Under the pieces are notes generated by a model, which saw only the letters and a program-made list of their open reading frames with translations, searched no databases and had not been told where the DNA came from. The position numbers were made by a program, and so were the translations under genes. This document shows positions 27,245 through 32,481 of a stretch of DNA of 32,481 nt, piece after piece; positions within the stretch are counted from its first letter, which is position 1; each line of letters begins with the position of its first letter. The stretch is from Candidatus Magasanikiibacteriota bacterium (GTDB lineage Bacteria > Patescibacteriota > Patescibacteriia > Magasanikbacterales > UBA922), in the NCBI GenBank assembly GCA_016214105.1, contig JACRPD010000025.1, forward strand, positions 1 to 32,481. Direction: 5' to 3'.

Positions 27245-27598
27245 ATGAGGCATAATAAGAAAAAAATTACTTTAGGCAGAGAAAAGAAGCCCCGCGAAGC
27301 GATGTTCCGCAATTTGGCGCAGAGTTTGGTTTTGCACGGCAACATCCGCACCACGCAAGCCAAAGCGAAAGCGCTACGCAGCGTCATTGAACCTTTGATA
27401 ACAATCGCCAAAAAAGCCAATGGACTGATCGCTCGCCGACAAATTCAAGCTTTTTTATACACAGACGAGGCAATTAATAAGTTGGTTAAAGAGATCGGGC
27501 CGAAATACAAAGACCGTCAAGGCGGTTATACCCGCGTGATTAAATTGCCTCCGCGCAAGAACGACGGCGCTCTGATGGCGCGAATTGAATTAGTTTGA
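27245..27598 (+). CDS. rplQ: 50S ribosomal protein L17
   Basis: MRH, TTQAKAK, GGYTRVIK. Confidence 0.98.
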   Translation: MRHNKKKITLGREKKPREAMFRNLAQSLVLHGNIRTTQAKAKALRSVIEPLITIAKKANGLIARRQIQAFLYTDEAINKLVKEIGPKYKDRQGGYTRVIKLPPRKNDGALMARIELV

Positions 27599-27609
27599 TA
27601 GCTTTAAAT

Positions 27610-27966
27610 ATGACAGTCAAAAGAAACCACATTCAGATTGACGCCACCGAGCAAGCGGTCGGACGATTGGCAACGCAAATTGCTAAAATTTTACGCGGAA
27701 AAAATAAAGCCGGCTTTGATCCTTGTTGTGATGAAGGAGATTGTGTGGTGGTTTTGAACGCGGATAGAGTAAAGTTTACCGGCCGTAAGTTTGTGCAAAA
27801 AGATTATTATCATCACACTATGCATCCGGGCGGAATCAAGCGCGTGCCAATGAAAAAGATTTTTGAGAAAGACCCGACCGAGGTGATAAAGCGCGCGGTT
27901 AATGGCATGCTGCCAAAAAACAACCGACGAGTTGAGCTGATGAAGCGTTTAACTTTCAAAAAATAA
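27610..27966 (+). CDS. rplM: 50S ribosomal protein L13 (short)
   Basis: IDA..GRLA, LRGKNK, HPGG, GMLPKN. Confidence 0.97.
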   Translation: MTVKRNHIQIDATEQAVGRLATQIAKILRGKNKAGFDPCCDEGDCVVVLNADRVKFTGRKFVQKDYYHHTMHPGGIKRVPMKKIFEKDPTEVIKRAVNGMLPKNNRRVELMKRLTFKK

Positions 27967-27975
27967 TTTTGTTTT

Positions 27976-28398
27976 ATGGTTGAGAAAGCAGAAAAAAAAG
28001 AAGTAAAACAGGAAGACATTGTCAAAACTTTGGGCAGGCGTAAAACGTCAACCGCGCGTGTTCAGTTGGCTTTGGGCAAAGGAGAAATAATCGTTAATGG
28101 AAAAACATTGGTCGGTTATTTTAAGATTAAATATTGGATGGACAAAGTGCTTTCTCCATTGATAGCGGTTGGCAAGGAAAAAAGCTTTGCTATCAGTATT
28201 AAGGTGAATGGCGGCGGCATTACTTCGCAAGCGGAAGCGGTCAGACACGGAATCGCGCGCGCGTTGGAAAAGTGGAATAAAGATTTTAGAGCGATTTTGA
28301 AAGCCGAAGGATTTTTAACCAGAGATTCAAGAGCTAAAGAACGGAAGAAATTCGGTTTGCACCGCGCTCGCAGAGGACATCAGTGGAGAAAGCGTTAA
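27976..28398 (+). CDS. rpsI: 30S ribosomal protein S9
   Basis: GRRKTS, GGG..SQA, LTRD.R.KERKK, QWRKR. Confidence 0.98.
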   Translation: MVEKAEKKEVKQEDIVKTLGRRKTSTARVQLALGKGEIIVNGKTLVGYFKIKYWMDKVLSPLIAVGKEKSFAISIKVNGGGITSQAEAVRHGIARALEKWNKDFRAILKAEGFLTRDSRAKERKKFGLHRARRGHQWRKR

Positions 28399-28440
28399 GA
28401 TATGTGAACATACGAAAGGAATACGAAATTACGAACTACG

Positions 28441-28462
28441 AAAACCGCCGAAAGGCGGTTTT
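28441..28462 (+). terminator. Intrinsic terminator
   Basis: AAAACCGCC-GAAA-GGCGGTTTT. Confidence 0.85.
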
Positions 28463-28502
28463 GTTGTAATTCAGTGTGTTTTCAGGTAAAATATACCAAA
28501 CT

Positions 28503-29933
28503 ATGGATAAATCAATCACTCGCAACACCGCGTGGATGACGGCGGCATCAGTCGGGCAAAAGATAATTTCTTTCGTTTATTTTACGATTCTCGCCCGGAA
28601 TATCGGCGCGGAAAATATCGGCAAATATTTTTTCGCTTTGTCTTTTACGACTATTTTTGTTGTCTTTGTTGATTTAGGGTTAAATAACGTCTTGATTCGC
28701 GAGGGGGCGAGAGAAAAGAGCAAAATACAGCAATATCTTTCCAGTGTCCTGTTTGCAAAAATTTTTCTAGGCGGCTTAAGTTATTTGGGAGTCTTCTTTG
28801 TAATTAATCTAATGGGCTATCCGATTGAAACAAAATATCTGGTCTATTTATCCGGTTTGACCATGCTGTTTGATTCTTTGCACCTTTCAATTTATGGCGT
28901 TTTGCGCGCGCTAGGAAATTTAAAATACGAAGCGCTGGCTATCACCGGCAGCCAGTTTCTGACTTTGATTTTAGGCACAACGTTTTTATATATGCGTTTA
29001 CCCCTGATTTACTTGATCCTTGCCTTTACCATCCCCAGTTTTTTCAATGTCTGTTACGTCGGCGCGGTATTATATAAAAAATATCAGATTAAATTAAAAC
29101 CGCGCTGGGACAAGGAAGTAATTAAATTTTTCGGACGGGTCGCGGTTCCATTTGCCATGGCTGCGGTTTTTGCCCGCGTTTATTCATACGCGGATTCTAT
29201 TCTGTTATCAAAATTGGCCGGCGATGTCGCGGTCGGCTGGTATAGTATTCCTTACAAAATCACTTACGCCTTTCAGTTTATTCCGCTGGCGCTGGTCGCG
29301 GCATTATATCCTAAATTCAGTGAGTATTTCGCGTCTGACAAACAAAAATTAGCTTTAATTTATGAGCGTGGGATTAAATATTTGCTGTTGATTGTCATGC
29401 CGATCGCTATTGGGATTGGAATCTTGGCCAAACCGATTATTTTATCTCTTTATACGCCGGAATATCTTAACTCAGTTTTACCTCTGCAAATACTTTTGGC
29501 CGGCTTAGTATTTTCTTATATCAGTTTTCCCATTGGCGCTTTTTTGAACGCCTGTAACCGGCAAGCGACACAAACGCTGATCGTCTTTTTTGTGATGATT
29601 TTGAATATCGCGTTGAATTTGTTTTTAATTCCTCGCTATGGCATTATCGGCGCCGCGTCCTCCGCGTTAGCGGGAAATTTTGTTTTAACAATTTGGGGTT
29701 ATGTCGTTGCCCGGAGAATGACCGCGATATCGCATCGGTTTTTATTCAAAACATCCGTTCAAATTATCATCGCCGCGCTTGTCATGGGCGCTGTCGTTTA
29801 CCAGATTAATATTTTGTCCAATTATTTCATTGCAATTTTTGCGGGCGCGATAGTTTATTCGGCGATGCTTTTTATCACCCGCGCAGTGACAGCCGGCCAG
29901 CTTAAAGATGCTCTGCAAATAATTAGGCGCTAA
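28503..29933 (+). CDS. Wzx/RfbX-type polysaccharide flippase
   Basis: ITRNT, LAR.IG....G.Y, DLGL, DSILLS, VGWYS, LIPRYGIIGAA; many TM segments. Confidence 0.9.
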   Translation: MDKSITRNTAWMTAASVGQKIISFVYFTILARNIGAENIGKYFFALSFTTIFVVFVDLGLNNVLIREGAREKSKIQQYLSSVLFAKIFLGGLSYLGVFFVINLMGYPIETKYLVYLSGLTMLFDSLHLSIYGVLRALGNLKYEALAITGSQFLTLILGTTFLYMRLPLIYLILAFTIPSFFNVCYVGAVLYKKYQIKLKPRWDKEVIKFFGRVAVPFAMAAVFARVYSYADSILLSKLAGDVAVGWYSIPYKITYAFQFIPLALVAALYPKFSEYFASDKQKLALIYERGIKYLLLIVMPIAIGIGILAKPIILSLYTPEYLNSVLPLQILLAGLVFSYISFPIGAFLNACNRQATQTLIVFFVMILNIALNLFLIPRYGIIGAASSALAGNFVLTIWGYVVARRMTAISHRFLFKTSVQIIIAALVMGAVVYQINILSNYFIAIFAGAIVYSAMLFITRAVTAGQLKDALQIIRR

Positions 29934-29943
29934 CTAATAAGCT

Positions 29944-31077
29944 ATGAAAAAACTTATAATCACAATGGAATTTCCGCCACAGATCGGCGGCATCGCGAGC
30001 TATACGCATCAATTCGCGTCCGCGCTTAAACCGGAGGAAGTCGTTATTCTCGCGTCAAAACATAAACAAGCGAAAGAATTTGACGCAAACTGCGCGTTTA
30101 AAGTCGTCCGGCATAATTTTTATTTTCCGCCGTTCATTTGGCCTCGTTGGCTGAAATTATTTTGGCACGTGTTTTGGCTGGCGCGCAAAGAAAAAATTGA
30201 CATTATTTATTTGCATCATGTCTTACCGGTCGGTTATGTCGCTCGGTTGATTAAAAAATTTCTGCATACGCCATTTTTAATTTTTTCTCATGGCACGGAT
30301 GTTCTGTTGGCTTCGCGTTCAAACTGGAAGAAAAATAGAATGCGATCAGTGGTAAATCAGGTGGAAGCGATAATTTTCAACAGCGCCAGTTTGCGGCAAA
30401 GATTTTTACGCGTTTGGCCGGAGTTCGCGGACAAAAGCTTGGTATTGTATCCTTGCCCGGACGATGATTTTTATCAAGCGCCGGCGGGAGATGTGATTGA
30501 TAAACTAAAATCTCAATACGCTTTGGAAGGTAAAAAAGTGATTTTAACCATCGCGCGCATGGATGATGGCAAAGGCTATCCGCATTTGGTTAGGATTTTG
30601 TCAAAAGTTTTGGAAAAAGTTCCTAATTTGGTTTGGCTGGTAATTGGCGATGGGCCGAAATGCGAGTCTATTTTGAAGGAGATACAGAAAAATTTCTTGC
30701 AAAATGTCGTTCGTTATATCGGCATGGTACCGCACAAAGAATTAAAACAATTTTATTATCTCGCTGATTTATTTGTGCTTTTAACGCACCCTGATGAAGG
30801 CAGAGAAGAGGGGTTGGGTTTGGTGTTTCTTGAATCAGCCGCGGCCGGTCTGCCGGTAATCGCCGGCCGGAGCGGAGGCGTGGAAGAAGCGGTTTTAAAC
30901 GGCCAGACCGGTCTGGTGGTTGATATTTATCAGGGTGATAAAATTGTGGCGGATTCAATTATTGAGCTATTAAAAAATGAAAAATATGCCAAAAATCTCG
31001 GTATGAATGCCAGAATGAGATTAGAGGCGGATTTTAAATGGGAGAACCAGTTGAAGGTGATTGGGAGGTGGGTGTGA
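29944..31077 (+). CDS. GT4 family glycosyltransferase
   Basis: FPPQIGGI, HGTD, EGLGLVFLESAAAGLPVI..GGVEE. Confidence 0.93.
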   Translation: MKKLIITMEFPPQIGGIASYTHQFASALKPEEVVILASKHKQAKEFDANCAFKVVRHNFYFPPFIWPRWLKLFWHVFWLARKEKIDIIYLHHVLPVGYVARLIKKFLHTPFLIFSHGTDVLLASRSNWKKNRMRSVVNQVEAIIFNSASLRQRFLRVWPEFADKSLVLYPCPDDDFYQAPAGDVIDKLKSQYALEGKKVILTIARMDDGKGYPHLVRILSKVLEKVPNLVWLVIGDGPKCESILKEIQKNFLQNVVRYIGMVPHKELKQFYYLADLFVLLTHPDEGREEGLGLVFLESAAAGLPVIAGRSGGVEEAVLNGQTGLVVDIYQGDKIVADSIIELLKNEKYAKNLGMNARMRLEADFKWENQLKVIGRWV

Positions 31078-31139
31078 ATTGGGGGTAATCAATTTATGTC
31101 TAGTCCCGTAGGGACGGCAGAATTTGATTAACAAAAACT

Positions 31140-32255
31140 ATGCAAAAATGGCTGAAAAAAAATTTCAAAGTCTGGTGGCTGCAAGCGCTGTTGGCTTTTG
31201 CCACTTTTGGGTTTACCTCCGTGCTGTTCGTTTACTTCGTTAAAAAAGACGTTACGTTTTTTCAAATATTCTTGGCTGATTTTTTTTCATATTCTCTAAT
31301 CGTCGCGTATTTGCTTTTCAGAAGAACTTTATTTTCTCGCGGGACTATTTTGACTGGGTATCTGTTGATAGTCGTCGGAATGTTAATTTTACTCTTGCCT
31401 TTTCCGGCGACTGCGCTTTTGTTTCCATATACAATAATATATGGCTTGGGTGTAATAATGTTTTTCGCGCCCTATAACATTCTTTATTTTAAGAGTATCC
31501 AACGAGGCAATTTGGAACACATGACAATTTATTGGTCAATTGGAATTATTACCGGATTGGTTGCGCCGCTGATTGGAAGTTTTGTGTTGGCTAAATTTCC
31601 GTTGTGGATCTTTATTTCCTGCGCTGTGCTTATTCTATTGTCTGCTGCGTATCTCACAAGGTTTGTTGAGCGCCAAAAATATTCCTACACCACTAAAGAA
31701 GTTTTGACCCATATCCGCGGCTTACGGACGTTGTCCATCATTGACGGCTCTTTGCACAAAACAAGTTTGATAGTCGTGACAGTTTTTTCATTGCAGTATA
31801 TAACCACGGAATTAAATTTCGGTCGGTTTTTGTCCATCGCGGCTTTGGCCGGAATAATTGTCGCTTTGCCGATGGCCAGAATCTCCGACCGCTGGCAAAA
31901 ACGAATGATTTTTATCTGGCCGCTTTCAATCATGTCGGCCGGCGTGGTTTTTTCTTTTATTTTTGTAAAAAGTTTTTTAGGTTTTTTTGCTTTGGCGCTT
32001 TTACTAAAAGCCATTTTGAGTTTGTTGGAGCCAATCCGCGGAAATGTGATACTGGACAAGAAAGAAACGGGCAACGCCATTACTTGGATTTCCCGCGAAC
32101 TTTATCTTAACATTGGCCGGCTGATGATGATGGGCGTAATCGCGGTGTTTATTTATTTTGGCAATTACACGGCAATTTACAGTTTCATCGCCCTACAAAT
32201 GGTTTTGTATCCGATTATTTTGTATTTTAAAAAGACCTATGCAGTCGTTGATTAG
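31140..32255 (+). CDS. MFS-type membrane protein
   Basis: About 12 hydrophobic segments, APLIG, ARISDRWQKR. Confidence 0.75.
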   Translation: MQKWLKKNFKVWWLQALLAFATFGFTSVLFVYFVKKDVTFFQIFLADFFSYSLIVAYLLFRRTLFSRGTILTGYLLIVVGMLILLLPFPATALLFPYTIIYGLGVIMFFAPYNILYFKSIQRGNLEHMTIYWSIGIITGLVAPLIGSFVLAKFPLWIFISCAVLILLSAAYLTRFVERQKYSYTTKEVLTHIRGLRTLSIIDGSLHKTSLIVVTVFSLQYITTELNFGRFLSIAALAGIIVALPMARISDRWQKRMIFIWPLSIMSAGVVFSFIFVKSFLGFFALALLLKAILSLLEPIRGNVILDKKETGNAITWISRELYLNIGRLMMMGVIAVFIYFGNYTAIYSFIALQMVLYPIILYFKKTYAVVD

Positions 32256-32481
32256 CATTATCATTCCGGTTTTTAATCAAGCGAGAGAACTTCGTCTGGC
32301 TTTGGATTCAATCGCCAAACAAACTTACAAAAATTTAGAAGTGATCGTCGTTGATGACGGGAGTGTTAGCGGACTACGGACTACGGACTACGGACTACGG
32401 CACGATATACGAATACACTTTGTCAGACAGGAGAACAAGGGTGCGCCGGCGGCGAGGAATAGGGGATTGGAAATGGCAAAA
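32239..32481 (+). CDS. GT2 family glycosyltransferase (partial, runs off the window)
   Basis: MQSLISIIIPVFN, EVIVVDDGS, NKGAPAARNRG; (CGGACTA)x4 follows DDGS. Confidence 0.92.
   Translation, partial: MQSLISIIIPVFNQARELRLALDSIAKQTYKNLEVIVVDDGSVSGLRTTDYGLRHDIRIHFVRQENKGAPAARNRGLEMAK

Overview
Bacterial chromosomal window with nearly all genes on the + strand. AT-rich leaders without Shine-Dalgarno sites, a short AlaRS and the gene order suggest Patescibacteria/CPR (inference). Gene order: pilD-like peptidase, ligA, ftsI-like PBP broken by an internal deletion, tRNA-Glu, tRNA-CAT, endonuclease III-like gene, two tiny Cys-rich transcription units missed by the ORF track, tRNA-Asn(GUU) split by a 550-nt group I intron carrying an HNH endonuclease, a CxxC-x17-CxxC protein, a Phd/RelE toxin-antitoxin pair, typA, proBCA, csp, an RNase H-like exonuclease, broken rrf2-iscS-iscU-fdx-rsmI, metG-mnmA-alaS, a tandem SET protein, gtrA, infA-rpmJ-rpsMKD-rpoA-rplQ-rplM-rpsI, then a flippase, GT4, MFS and partial GT2. 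Three main signals: (1) a homing-endonuclease tRNA intron whose ORF also encodes the ribozyme guide sequence and part of the core; (2) several families of short palindromic and 7-8-mer tandem repeats inserted in frame into housekeeping proteins and nested inside each other; (3) a 52-aa metallothionein-like gene and a 9-codon MAGGGCGGC ORF, each with its own promoter and terminator.
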